The notes: a model not told the origin generated them from the sequence alone. Positions 28,759 through 38,516 are shown, counted from the stretch's first letter. The stretch: 64,000 bases of DNA from Gemmatimonadota bacterium (GCA_039588295.1 JBDHAB010000001.1:384001-448000); one strand, 5' to 3'. A program made the numbers and translations.

Positions 28759-28815
28759 TTACTCCTTGAGAACCATGTCGATGCATATCACTGTCGCCAG
28801 AATGGTCACGTGCTC
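28759..28815 (-). pseudogene. C-terminal remnant of LURP-one/scramblase-like gene
   Basis: VTILATVICIDMVLKE* in intergenic DNA. Confidence 0.45.
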
Positions 28816-28893
28816 GCTGCTGTTGCGAGTCTGCTTCATCACCATCGCCAGATTCGAGCGATCATTCTGACGTCCTCGAGGCGCAACGGCGAT

Positions 28894-29481
28894 CTAGTCG
28901 ATAGTCTCGATGGTAATCCCGTCGTGTATGATGCGGCTTCTGATGAAGTCCCCCCATGCAGTGGCCTGGGTGACGCGAGCGATCATGTGATGCATGATGA
29001 TACCCCCGCCCTCCCGCACCAGGCTTTCTTCCACGTAGAACATGACAAGACTGTAGTAGTGTCGATCGTCGTCGCTTGGGATCGTATACGCGCCTGTGTC
29101 ATAGTGAAAGGCGAGATTGCCGCTCTGGGAGTCTTGCGGAATGGCGAGCTCGGGGCGGAGACCCAAGTACCGTGGACGGTCGATGTCGGAGATGTCGATC
29201 GCGTGGCCATTGCGGAAGACGATGAGTTCGCCGCCGCAGTACATGCCGTTGACGTGGAACTCCTCGATCGTCACGGTGATCGGATCCGAGATTCCTTCCT
29301 GACCGCCGACCTTCACAATGAAGACCGTGTGTGTCTCGGCGGGAATGCTGAGGCCACGCCCTTCGTAGGCGACGTATCCGTGGCCGATGCAGTAGAAACC
29401 GTCGCTGTCGGCATGTGCCGGCGGCACCAGGCCCGCTGTGAGGCCCAGAGCGGCAACGAGGCCGCGCAGTGTGTGATTCAT
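28894..29481 (-). CDS. Hypothetical secreted protein
   Basis: Signal peptide PAHA-DSDG; RBS GGAG. Confidence 0.7.
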   Translation of the reverse strand: MNHTLRGLVAALGLTAGLVPPAHADSDGFYCIGHGYVAYEGRGLSIPAETHTVFIVKVGGQEGISDPITVTIEEFHVNGMYCGGELIVFRNGHAIDISDIDRPRYLGLRPELAIPQDSQSGNLAFHYDTGAYTIPSDDDRHYYSLVMFYVEESLVREGGGIIMHHMIARVTQATAWGDFIRSRIIHDGITIETID

Positions 29482-29527
29482 AGCCTACTCCACCCAAATC
29501 CGATGCCGGATGAGTTGACTCGGCTCG

Positions 29528-30217
29528 TTATGGGACCTCGATCTCCTCCGGTCTGCCCGCGCCGGTAACCATGAGCTTCCACGCCGTGACGATGGCGAGC
29601 CCGAACCACAGGAGGTCCCAGGGACTCAACTGCGCGCGGAACAGCTCCACAAATCCGACGGCACCGACGAGTAGATCCGCATACTCGATGGCAACACGCT
29701 CTCGTTCGGCGGCACTCATCTGGGCGGCGTGCTCGGACCCCGCCGCCAGCATCTCCTCCCACAGCGCATCCGGCAGCGTGTCGGTGAAGGAAAGCCCGTC
29801 GAGCTGCTGCTGGATCTCAGTCGGGAAGCCATCGGTCTCACGCATGTTCTGGAGGGCGATTTGTGACATCCACTCCTGGTCGGCCTGAATCTCCTCAACC
29901 AGGGCTGGTTTGGTGCCAACGGTGATGATCAGTGTCTTGCCCGCTGCCAAGCCGGCGGCTGCGAGCAGAGCCGCGAGGACACCCAAGGCTTGGCCGCGGG
30001 CTGGGGTGGCGCGAGACATCGCAAAGCCCACGAGCGCCCCAACGCCCCAGGCCACATAGCCGACCTCGAGGTGGGCGACCAGCACGATTACAGCCCAAAT
30101 CGCCCCCCCCAGAAGCGCGGCAACCGCCCCGGCGATTAGCGCTGGAACGACTCCTTCCTCCGCAATCGCCGCCGTGGAAACCTGAGCGCCCTGGTCCTGA
30201 GGCTGCACGTCCGTCAT
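29528..30217 (-). CDS. Hypothetical membrane protein
   Basis: AALLGGAIW...EVGYVAWGVG.LVG TM pattern; C-term DLLWFGLAIVTAWK. Confidence 0.75.
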   Translation of the reverse strand: MTDVQPQDQGAQVSTAAIAEEGVVPALIAGAVAALLGGAIWAVIVLVAHLEVGYVAWGVGALVGFAMSRATPARGQALGVLAALLAAAGLAAGKTLIITVGTKPALVEEIQADQEWMSQIALQNMRETDGFPTEIQQQLDGLSFTDTLPDALWEEMLAAGSEHAAQMSAAERERVAIEYADLLVGAVGFVELFRAQLSPWDLLWFGLAIVTAWKLMVTGAGRPEEIEVP

Positions 30218-30270
30218 GTGACCCCCTGGCTGAGACGTGGAGGACGGGTGGGTACCCTACGAGCCGGCAG

Positions 30271-30891
30271 CTACCCCTGACGGTGCCCGCGGCGCTCAAA
30301 CTGCCAGATCAGCAGTGACGCCACGGTGGCGCCGGTCAGATTCGCGACCAGGTCCCAACCCGTGTTCAGATAACCCCCTACATTTGTCTCCGGGACCAGC
30401 AATGTCGCTGTGAACTCGATCACTTCATTCAGTGCGCCGAAGCCCATGCCTCCCGCCGCGGCCAGCACGAGCAATCCGAAGGTCGGGGCTGTCTGGGCCC
30501 CACGTCGGCGCAGCGCAGCCCGGAGACCCTGCCAGCAGACCCAGGTCGTCATGCCAAACCCGTACGCGTGAACGACATGGTCGTATTTGAGACGATCCGG
30601 AATCAGCCACAGCGTGTAGAGGACCCTGCTATCGGCACTCACCGGCCAGCCGGGTGGGACCGTGAGCAGGCCACCGGCCATATGCGCGAGTCCCCAAAGA
30701 CTCAGCCCCCAAAGCACCGCTGAGGTCAGTCCAACCTGCCGGTGCACGCTCCACACAACGACGATCAGCACGAGCATGACAGCGATGTAGAAAAGGAACT
30801 CGGTGTTCCCCCGCACCACGGCCCCGACCGCGGCCAGGGAGAGGTATGACGCGGTGAAGGTTGCGACAGGCCACACACGCTGACCGCTCAT
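30271..30891 (-). CDS. DUF2238-like membrane protein
   Basis: GN.EFLFY, HMAGG, YDHVVH.YGFG, GALNEVIEF, GGY.NT.WDLVAN. Confidence 0.75.
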   Translation of the reverse strand: MSGQRVWPVATFTASYLSLAAVGAVVRGNTEFLFYIAVMLVLIVVVWSVHRQVGLTSAVLWGLSLWGLAHMAGGLLTVPPGWPVSADSRVLYTLWLIPDRLKYDHVVHAYGFGMTTWVCWQGLRAALRRRGAQTAPTFGLLVLAAAGGMGFGALNEVIEFTATLLVPETNVGGYLNTGWDLVANLTGATVASLLIWQFERRGHRQG

Positions 30892-31025
30892 CGTTGACGC
30901 TCACGGGGTCCGACGAAGGCCATGGCAAAGAGGCTGCCAAGGACGAGACATGACACCGTCAGAACACGGTTCGCGCGTTCGAGGCGCCTGAGGCGTACCT
31001 CGAGATCGGGGGCCTTGTGCGGCAT
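30888..31025 (-). CDS. Small single-TM ORF (45 aa), possibly truncated
   Basis: MPHKAPDLEVRLRRLERANRVLTVSCLVLGSLFAMAFVGPRERQR*; stop overlaps next ATG. Confidence 0.45.
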   Translation of the reverse strand: MPHKAPDLEVRLRRLERANRVLTVSCLVLGSLFAMAFVGPRERQR

Positions 31026-31228
31026 TAGCTGACTCCGGCGGAGACGGAAGAGTTGGAGCGCGGCGGGACTCGATCGCCGTCATCCGTGCGTGCGGTGGTC
31101 AATATATGAAGAACACGCCACGCGAGCCGAGAAACGGACTCCACCACGCACCCCCGGTGCGGGGCGCCAGCGGTAGAACGGCGGGGGAGGATGCATGAAC
31201 CTGGACCGCTCCGACCACGGAATCCTGG

Positions 31229-32134
31229 CTAGGCGAGCACGGCATCAAGCCTCGCCCAGTTTGCTGAAACCCATTTGTCGAACGGCTGCATTGCAGGGTA
31301 GAGTGCGCGGCACTCGTCGAGGTCTGCCCTACGATTTGGGATGTACAGGCGGTTGAACTCGAACATGTTGGCGAGATCCTCGGCGCCGGGGAACTCGAAC
31401 GTCGCAAACGTCTCACGCGGGATGTAGTTGTAGACGATCTGCTTGCCCAGGGCATCGGACATCAACTTGGCGTACTCCGCTGGCGGACGATCGTCGCCAA
31501 CGATGCCCACCACTCTGCCTCGGAACTTTGCGGGATCCTTGAAGATGGGAGTGACTACACCGCCGACGTCCTCCACGGCGACCGCAGCCAGCCGCGTGTC
31601 GCCCTGCGGAAATCCGAACGCGTAGGACCCGTCCTCCTGTTTCTGTGGTGGGAAGAACGAGAGGAAGTTCTCGTAGTAGAACGCGACGTGGACAAACGTG
31701 GCGCCGATGTCTTTCCCCCGGGCGTATCGCTCGAGCCGCGCCTTGATGTCGAAGTGCGGAACTTCCAGTTTCTGACCGCTCAAGTCATAGGCGTCGGGAA
31801 GCGTGCTCAACACGAGATGGGAAACGTTGGAATCAGCCACCGCGTCGATCAAGTGCTTGCCATGCTGCGCCTCGCGGTCGAAGTGCTCCCAGAAGTTGGT
31901 GACGCCAAATACCCCCTCACATCCTGCGAGGGCGGTGTCGAGACTCGAGCGATCGTCCAGGTCTCCTTGGATGACGTCGGCGCCGATCGCCGCCAGCGCC
32001 TGGGCCTTATCCGAATTGGGATTCCGCGTGAGGCAGCGAATTGTGAACCCGTTGCCCTCCAGCAAGTGACGAGCGACGCTGCCTCCCTGTGCGCCCGTCG
32101 CCCCGGTCACGAGAACGGTCTTGCGATCCGCCAT
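31229..32134 (-). CDS. NmrA/HSCARG family protein
   Basis: VTGATGAQGGSVA, GVFGVTNFWE, VPHFDIK, FYYEN. Confidence 0.92.
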   Translation of the reverse strand: MADRKTVLVTGATGAQGGSVARHLLEGNGFTIRCLTRNPNSDKAQALAAIGADVIQGDLDDRSSLDTALAGCEGVFGVTNFWEHFDREAQHGKHLIDAVADSNVSHLVLSTLPDAYDLSGQKLEVPHFDIKARLERYARGKDIGATFVHVAFYYENFLSFFPPQKQEDGSYAFGFPQGDTRLAAVAVEDVGGVVTPIFKDPAKFRGRVVGIVGDDRPPAEYAKLMSDALGKQIVYNYIPRETFATFEFPGAEDLANMFEFNRLYIPNRRADLDECRALYPAMQPFDKWVSANWARLDAVLA

Positions 32135-32266
32135 GCTGCAGGTCTCCTCTACGATGTGGTTGCCGAGAACGCGTGATCAGTGCTTGCATCAATCCGGCTG
32201 AAGGGTCCCCGCGGAGCACCGGTTCGGTCGAACATGTGTGCTGAGAGCCCGGTTGCTCCGATTTCT

Positions 32267-32851
32267 CTAGTCGTCTTCCTTCCACACCTCGGCCTCAAAG
32301 GCATAGAGTTCTACGTCGCCTCCGCGCCATGCGTCGCGCGGCAGCCCTGCCTTCCAGCACACCGCGTCGAGATACTTCACGCGATCCCAGTTGTAGCTCT
32401 GCGCCACTTGGGGTAGGAGCAGGCCTGAGACGGGACCGCGAACGATCATGAGGCCGTGTCGTCCGACCTCTACGTCCTCCGGCCTGATGGGCTCGAGCGG
32501 AGTGAGAGCACTGATCTCGATGTGCAGGCGGGGGATCTCATCGACCGTCACCGGCGGAAAACGCGGATCCTCGGTGGCCGATGCGATGGCCATGTGCGCG
32601 ACGGATTCGATCAGCGGCTGCCGCGCCACGCATTCCCCACGGCAACCGCGCAATTCTCCAGTGTCATGCCGCCTGAGTGTGACGAAGGTCGGGCGGTGTT
32701 CGAGCAGCGCAGGTGCTTTACTGCGGCAGTCGGGCAACGTTCGGTTACGGAGATAATCCACCAGCGCCTGTCGCGCGAGTCGCAACAGGGTGGACCTGTC
32801 CTGATCGGAGAGCCCGCTGGGTGAATCGTCGTGGGGGCCTGATGTGGTCAC
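32267..32851 (-). CDS. amrA: AmmeMemoRadiSam system protein A (AMMECR1 domain)
   Basis: FVTL, LRGC.G, DPRFPP, EISAL, GLLLPQV, KAGL; start uncertain. Confidence 0.88.
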   Translation of the reverse strand: MTTSGPHDDSPSGLSDQDRSTLLRLARQALVDYLRNRTLPDCRSKAPALLEHRPTFVTLRRHDTGELRGCRGECVARQPLIESVAHMAIASATEDPRFPPVTVDEIPRLHIEISALTPLEPIRPEDVEVGRHGLMIVRGPVSGLLLPQVAQSYNWDRVKYLDAVCWKAGLPRDAWRGGDVELYAFEAEVWKEDD

Positions 32852-32980
32852 TGGATACCGGCCTTCATCCGAGACGGAGGGCACCGTCGGCGGAGTGGCA
32901 ATCAGTGGCCCTACGCGGGTGCCGTGAGCCAAGCACTCCACCAGGTGCCCAGACTCGATCCAATTCCTCAGCGCACATCC

Positions 32981-33379
32981 TCACGGCCATTGAATGTCCG
33001 AGGGGTTCACCTGCAGCCATTCACATGCCTCGTCAGTGCTCCGAAACAGCATGAAGTCATGGGGCACGGGGTTCCGCGCTGAGGCTTCCAGCATTTTCAG
33101 CATGCCGAAGTCGTAATCGGCTGAGGCGACGATTGCCACCCGAGCCTCGCCGAACTTGTCGAGGTTGTCGCGCACCAATGCGAGTTGCGGCTGGACGTGT
33201 TCGGGAGCCACGGTCATCTGGGCACGCGATCTGTCCACTAGGATCCTCGCGTCCCGGATCATCCGGGTGTCGTTCACCGTGTCCCGAAGCGCCTGCGTTT
33301 CTTCCTCGGGGGAGATGGTGCCCTCGAAGACGATGACGATCAGGTTCTCTGCGTCGTGAAACGAAACTCGATGGCTCAT
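32981..33379 (-). CDS. STAS/SpoIIAA-like hypothetical protein
   Basis: ILVD, RVAIVAS...FGM..M, F....EA.EWL. Confidence 0.65.
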   Translation of the reverse strand: MSHRVSFHDAENLIVIVFEGTISPEEETQALRDTVNDTRMIRDARILVDRSRAQMTVAPEHVQPQLALVRDNLDKFGEARVAIVASADYDFGMLKMLEASARNPVPHDFMLFRSTDEACEWLQVNPSDIQWP

Positions 33380-33515
33380 TTCTCCACCACTCCGTGCCAA
33401 CGGTGCGGAGCGGCCCTATCGTCCTCGAGGGCCGTCGTCGGTCACTGTTTCCCAATACACCAACTTGCGATCATTCGGCCGACCTCCGCCAGATCTGCTT
33501 GCTGGCGTGTCGATT

Positions 33516-34232
33516 TCATCCAAGCAGGAAGTCGAGCGCTCCACCGGGCTCGATGTCGAACGGATCCGAGTCGCTCATGAAGATGCGAGCTGGTTTGGCG
33601 CCCGACAGCGCAAGCGTCCCCGCCTCGACCAGCAAGATTCCGCCTTCTGGCAGGCCGACGGCGTAGATGCCCGGATTCTCCTCCACAAACTCGAGCAGTC
33701 GCTCGGCCCGTGTCTCGCCCGCGTGCTGTGGGATCTGTGCCTCCGTGTAGTGGGGGTTGATCTGGAACGGCACGAGCCCGAGTGCCTCGAAGCTTGGGGG
33801 CTCCACAATCGGCATGTCGTTGGTGGTGCGGATCGTGGGGCAGACAATATTCGATCCGGCGCTCCAGCCTATGTAGGGCGTGCCGGACCGTGCGCTTTCG
33901 CGGATGGGTTCCAAGAGATCGAACTCGTGCAGCGCGTGTAGCAGGTGGAATGTGTTGCCGCCCCCGACGGCGATGGCCTGTGCTCCGCGGACCGCCGCGT
34001 GAGCGTCTGCGGCCTCGTGCACTGACGAAACGGTGTACCCAAGCGTTCGGAAGCGGTCTCTCACCAGCGCCGTGTACTCATCGAAGCTGATGCGCACCGC
34101 AGCGAACGGCACGAAAAGGATCTCACCCACCTCGGGCGGGAGAAAATCCGTAATCGCGTGCTCCGCGTGCTCGAGGTACCCGTGGCCGTAGTTCTTCGAG
34201 TTGCTGAGCAGTAACAGCTTGCGATGCTGCAT
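33516..34232 (-). CDS. pepE: Dipeptidase E
   Basis: LLLLSNS, VGGGNTF.L, GWSAG, TTNDMPI, FQINPHY, GETR..RL.EF. Confidence 0.93.
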   Translation of the reverse strand: MQHRKLLLLSNSKNYGHGYLEHAEHAITDFLPPEVGEILFVPFAAVRISFDEYTALVRDRFRTLGYTVSSVHEAADAHAAVRGAQAIAVGGGNTFHLLHALHEFDLLEPIRESARSGTPYIGWSAGSNIVCPTIRTTNDMPIVEPPSFEALGLVPFQINPHYTEAQIPQHAGETRAERLLEFVEENPGIYAVGLPEGGILLVEAGTLALSGAKPARIFMSDSDPFDIEPGGALDFLLG

Positions 34233-34453
34233 GGTGGCTCCCGTCGATGCTCAACCCAATGGTCCGCGACGTCCTGGCGAGCGTTGCGCCCGGCTTCGGC
34301 GCCCGAGCATCTAAGTGGTTCTAATTGAACACGTTACATGCTGATCGATTCAGGGTCGTCCCTCACGTAAGGCGCAAGGTCAATGTGGACCCTTGGGGTC
34401 CGGTGGCGGAGCGTCGGACTCCCCGTATAGTGGATGCTTCAGGAGACTGGTCC

Positions 34454-34927
34454 TCAGCAGTGGTGCTGGTGCACCGTCGAGGCCATCGGCACGTACCGAA
34501 TTCCGTTTTCCACCCGTTCGGCGCCTTCAGGAGTGAAGCCGAGCCGTTCGTAGGCGGGCACCGCGGACGGTGCCGAGTGAACCGTGATGCGTTCGAGGTC
34601 CGGCGAGTGCGCTCGACAGACGGTGAGCGCTTGGCGGAGGAGCTGTCGGCCAATCCCGCGGCCGCTCCGTGTCGTGAACAGCATCGCCACGTGGTGGTAG
34701 CGGCGTACTTCTATCATGCCCACGAGCGTCCCCTGCTCCTCCGCCACGAGCACGAAGTGATCTCCTTCGGCACGACGAGCCAGCGCTTTCGGTGCCGCGT
34801 AGCGCCGGAATTCCCTGACACCGTTCTTCGAGAACTCAGGAGCGACGGCCCGGTCGAAGATATCCAAGGCCAGCTGGGAGACGAGATGTTCCTCTCCCGG
34901 AACCATGGCGCGATAGGAGACTGTCAT
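34454..34927 (-). CDS. GNAT N-acetyltransferase
   Basis: GRGIGRQL, ITVHS.P.AVPAYERLGF, NGIRY.PM. Confidence 0.85.
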   Translation of the reverse strand: MTVSYRAMVPGEEHLVSQLALDIFDRAVAPEFSKNGVREFRRYAAPKALARRAEGDHFVLVAEEQGTLVGMIEVRRYHHVAMLFTTRSGRGIGRQLLRQALTVCRAHSPDLERITVHSAPSAVPAYERLGFTPEGAERVENGIRYVPMASTVHQHHC

Positions 34928-35032
34928 CGTCGACGCCGCATCGATCTGGTCGCCGTAGCACCGCCAGGGGATCGAGTCTGCTGCACGCTCACTACGGAGC
35001 TGGAGGCAACACGAAGTCGATCGCCCAGCTGT

Positions 35033-35395
35033 CTAGGCTCGGCTGGCGTGGGCTCCGCCTCCGGTCACGTCCAAGCCACGTAGTGTCTCATCGACGGTTC
35101 TTCGCAACTGGTCGAACCCGGGTGTGGCGGCGTTGATGGTGCCATCCAGGATCCCGAAGAGGACGCTCTGGCAGACCTGCGAGGCACGTCGCAACCGCAA
35201 CTTTTGAACGTTGCGGGAAGAATTGTCGGACTCCGTGTCGAAGATCGCGATGAGTACGGTACGCACGCCGTCCAGGGTGGATTTGAAATCCTCTAGCGTG
35301 GCATCGGGAAGCTCACCCGCCTTCAATTTCGAATCCATGGTATCGAGTGCCTGCCGAAGGGCATCGACGACTTCGCCCAGTTCCTTCATCGTCAT
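35033..35395 (-). CDS. Hypothetical helical protein (paralogue A)
   Basis: ATGA-coupled to upstream paralogue; D.VRT.L, RLRRA..C, TPGF. Confidence 0.7.
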   Translation of the reverse strand: MTMKELGEVVDALRQALDTMDSKLKAGELPDATLEDFKSTLDGVRTVLIAIFDTESDNSSRNVQKLRLRRASQVCQSVLFGILDGTINAATPGFDQLRRTVDETLRGLDVTGGGAHASRA

Positions 35396-35730
35396 GCCTT
35401 CCTACACACGTCGGACAGTTCGTGCAACGTTGCCTGGAAGACCTTGAAGCCCGGTGTGTTGGCGTTCATGGTCTCGGCGCGCACGTCGGCCAGGATCTCC
35501 TCGCAGGTGTCGATGGCACGCCGCACACGCATCCGTCCTAGAAGGGCCTCGTAACCACGAGGGTGCTTTTCCTTGAGGATGGTCCACAGTGTGGTGCGCA
35601 CGTTGTCGACGGCGATACCGAGATCACGCATTCCTTCCTGCAGTCGATCCCCCGACGAGGATTGGGCAAGTACGAGGTCGAGTCCGCCTCTCAGCTGACT
35701 GATCCCTTTCTGGAGGGCTTCTCTATCCAT
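35392..35730 (-). CDS. Hypothetical helical protein (paralogue B)
   Basis: DNVRTTL, RVRRA..C, NTPGF. Confidence 0.7.
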   Translation of the reverse strand: MDREALQKGISQLRGGLDLVLAQSSSGDRLQEGMRDLGIAVDNVRTTLWTILKEKHPRGYEALLGRMRVRRAIDTCEEILADVRAETMNANTPGFKVFQATLHELSDVCRKA

Positions 35731-35863
35731 GAGGCGTCGTGGCAAAGGGCCTGGTAGTTGAACAGCGTGCAGGCAAGATGTGGGTGCGAGCGGTCTGCTG
35801 TCCAGTGGCGGCGGGCGGCTCTGGTGCAGCCTGAGCCTCGCGGTGTGGGACGCTACGGCAGCG

Positions 35864-36223
35864 CTAGATCTGCTCCAAGTTCTCGATGGTTCGCTCGTTC
35901 CGGACGTTGCCGGTGTTCAGTGTGCTCGCGGGTTCGAACAGCAGAACGTGGACTTCATCTCGAGCTACCGGTCTGTGGTCCATTCCACGGGGTACAATAA
36001 TGCACTCACCTTGCTCCAGCACGACGTTCCGATCGCGGAGCTGGATGGTTAGGCGACCGGAAAGCACGAGGAAGAACTCATCCTCGTGTTCGTGGTGATG
36101 CCACACGAACTCCCCTTTGAGCTTGGCAAGCTTGACTTGTTGGCCGTTGAGGTCACCAACGACGCGCGGATGCCAATGATCGGTAATGTGTCTCAGCTTA
36201 TCCGAAAGACGAATCTTGTCCAT
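35864..36223 (-). CDS. Cupin domain protein
   Basis: GEFVWH.H..EDE.FLV, VPRG..HRP. Confidence 0.9.
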   Translation of the reverse strand: MDKIRLSDKLRHITDHWHPRVVGDLNGQQVKLAKLKGEFVWHHHEHEDEFFLVLSGRLTIQLRDRNVVLEQGECIIVPRGMDHRPVARDEVHVLLFEPASTLNTGNVRNERTIENLEQI

Positions 36224-36280
36224 GAGTGCACTCCGATGCTCGTGCATGGAAGCTAAGGTCTTCGTGAAAAGACTCGCGCC

Positions 36281-36541
36281 CTACGGCCACAGCTGACCAT
36301 GACACGAGAAACAGGAAGGTTGTCCCGACGGTCCACCACGAAGATCGGCCCCGTGACACGTCGTACAATTCTGGGTCGGATTGTCGAGTCCGGGAGCGTG
36401 TGCAATTCCGTCCTGTACCACTGTGTGTCCTGCCGGCGCGTTGATCGGACCGGTGTTGTCGTCGTCACACCCCATGGTACCGACGACTGCCAAGAGAGCG
36501 ATGACCCCAAGTAGTTTGCATGATTTCACAGAACTCGTCAC
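36281..36541 (-). CDS. Small dihaem c-type cytochrome lipoprotein
   Basis: Lipobox TMGC; CTTCH and CFSCH; two extra His; RBS GGAGG. Confidence 0.75.
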   Translation of the reverse strand: MTSSVKSCKLLGVIALLAVVGTMGCDDDNTGPINAPAGHTVVQDGIAHAPGLDNPTQNCTTCHGADLRGGPSGQPSCFSCHGQLWP

Positions 36542-36657
36542 GCTTCCTCCACGTCGATTCGACCGGTTCTCGGATCTGGTCCTTGTGTGAGCGCCCTTGG
36601 GCCAGTACGCCCGCCGCTCGCAAAATGTTCCGCTCGTCCGCTGGTAGATTGTCGCGA

Positions 36658-37713
36658 TCAGCCCTGAGCAACCGGGCTTTCCAGCACCACCTTACCGAGG
36701 TTGTGCCGCGCGTGGAGGTAGCGGTGTGCGTCCACCGCTCCGTCGCGGGTGAGGGGAAACACGCGATCGATGACCGGGCGCAACTCTCCCGCCGCAATGC
36801 CGCGGTGGATCTCCTCGAGAGTGGTTCCAAGCATCAACTCCTTGGCGCCCAGGTGGAGGAGGTGCACTCCAAACACGCCGATGTTTGGCTCGATCAGGGA
36901 GAGCGGATGTATGCGTGGGGTCCGCAGCCAGGCCAAGGCTGCACGCAGCCAGTTGCGCCTTCGCCCCGGTATCGCCTCGCTGAGGCCATAGAACACCAGG
37001 CGCCCGAGCGGGGCCAGCAGCCGGCGGCAGGCCGCGGTAGCGGACCCGCCCACGGGGTCGAGGGCGATATCGATGCCCCGTTCGCCTACGAGTTGGCGCA
37101 CGTCAGTCTCCCAGTCGCTGCGGGAGTCGAAGCAGGCGTCTGCGCCGAGCGCTTCGATGACATATGTTCGCTTACGCTGGTCCCCGGCAGTACCGACCAC
37201 CCGGAGCCCGCGCCGCACGGCGAGTTGTACTGCCGCGGTACCCACCCCACCGCCGGCTCCCAGCACAAGGACGGTTTCCCCTGCACGCGCACTGCCCGCC
37301 TCGAATAGACAGATCCACGCCGTGAGGAAGACGACCGGAATCGCGGCAGCTTCTACGGGAGTGAGGGTGTGGGGGTAGGGAAAGAGTTGGTGCTCTCCGA
37401 CCAGCACGTGGCGTGCGTAGCCACCGTGACGCAGCAGGGCGATCGCGCGCGCTCCTTTTCGCCACCCTTCCACTTCGGCGCCCACCTCCACGAGCTCGCC
37501 TGCCACCTCGAAGCCCGGGCTGTACGGGCGCGGCGGCACGGTCCCATAGAGACCGGCACGCATCACGAGATCAGCGAAGTTGACCCCGGCTGCGTCGACC
37601 CGCAGCAACACCTCCTTCGGACCGCTGTTGCGTAGGGGAATCTGCCGCTCGACCAAGGCCTCCGGTGGGCCGTGGCGCTCGATGCGGACTGCGGTGGTTG
37701 TCCGAGGCGTCAC
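36658..37713 (-). CDS. MDR family NADPH:quinone oxidoreductase (VAT-1-like)
   Basis: GVNFAD...R.G.Y, PGFEVAG, GAGGGVG, N.GKVVL. Confidence 0.9.
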   Translation of the reverse strand: MTPRTTTAVRIERHGPPEALVERQIPLRNSGPKEVLLRVDAAGVNFADLVMRAGLYGTVPPRPYSPGFEVAGELVEVGAEVEGWRKGARAIALLRHGGYARHVLVGEHQLFPYPHTLTPVEAAAIPVVFLTAWICLFEAGSARAGETVLVLGAGGGVGTAAVQLAVRRGLRVVGTAGDQRKRTYVIEALGADACFDSRSDWETDVRQLVGERGIDIALDPVGGSATAACRRLLAPLGRLVFYGLSEAIPGRRRNWLRAALAWLRTPRIHPLSLIEPNIGVFGVHLLHLGAKELMLGTTLEEIHRGIAAGELRPVIDRVFPLTRDGAVDAHRYLHARHNLGKVVLESPVAQG

Positions 37714-37815
37714 GGTGCCCCCTTTAGCACTCCGCGCTGGCAGCGAACATCTAATCCCTCGACGGTCGATGCGACATGTGGTACCGAATCCCCCCAGGCG
37801 CCTTGTGCCGACCTG

Positions 37816-38328
37816 TCACGCATGGTCGACTCGCTTCGTCGCTGCAAACGGGCGGAGGAGTCGGCGCAACATTCGGACGCGGATTGACCAGGCTCGAGGT
37901 GGCGGATGTGTACCGAGTGCGCGTTCTGCGTTGTCGAGCGAGTCCTCGATGAGCGCGTTGTGCAGCGGCTGAAATACGATTGGCCAGAGAAGCAACGCGG
38001 CTCCGCGTGCGGCGATCTGAAGGGTGTGTCGTAGCCTGGTACGGCCGGGGGCGGGTTCATCGACCGTGTACTCGTGGAACCCGTTGAATCCGCGGGGGAG
38101 CCTAAATCGAAACCGTACATGCCGACCGGGTTCGTAAGCGTCGACGACGTAGTGCACCGGGCCGTGACCTCCCGAGGCTCCAACCTGCAGAGCCCGATCG
38201 AGGCGCATTTGGGGCCAGCGATCGCCGGGCCAGAGACGATCGTCAGACGAGGCGAGCGCATCGAGTAGCACGCCGACCGTTTCGGGACCGGCAGCCAACG
38301 TCCGTTCGTGAACATTGAGCACGTGCAC
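37816..38328 (-). CDS. SRPBCC-like protein
   Basis: NVHER, LWP...WP.M, GGHGP..Y, PLHNALIED.LD. Confidence 0.75.
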   Translation of the reverse strand: MHVLNVHERTLAAGPETVGVLLDALASSDDRLWPGDRWPQMRLDRALQVGASGGHGPVHYVVDAYEPGRHVRFRFRLPRGFNGFHEYTVDEPAPGRTRLRHTLQIAARGAALLLWPIVFQPLHNALIEDSLDNAERALGTHPPPRAWSIRVRMLRRLLRPFAATKRVDHA

Positions 38329-38339
38329 GGATCAGTCCT

Positions 38340-38516
38340 TCAGGTGGTCTTGGGCGGCCAGACGGGCTGCGCGCCATCGACGTCGGTGAAGCCGTACTCC
38401 TTGCGAGCACTGACGTATACCGTCGCGCCAGCTTCGCCGAGTGCGAGGGCAATGCCGCGCCCGGCGCCGCGACTGGCACCGGCAACGACTGCGACCTTCC
38501 CTGTGAGGCGATTCAT
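38340..38516 (-). pseudogene. SDR oxidoreductase collapsed by in-frame internal deletion (58 aa)
   Basis: [38 protein letters not shown] joined to [13 protein letters not shown]. Confidence 0.7.
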
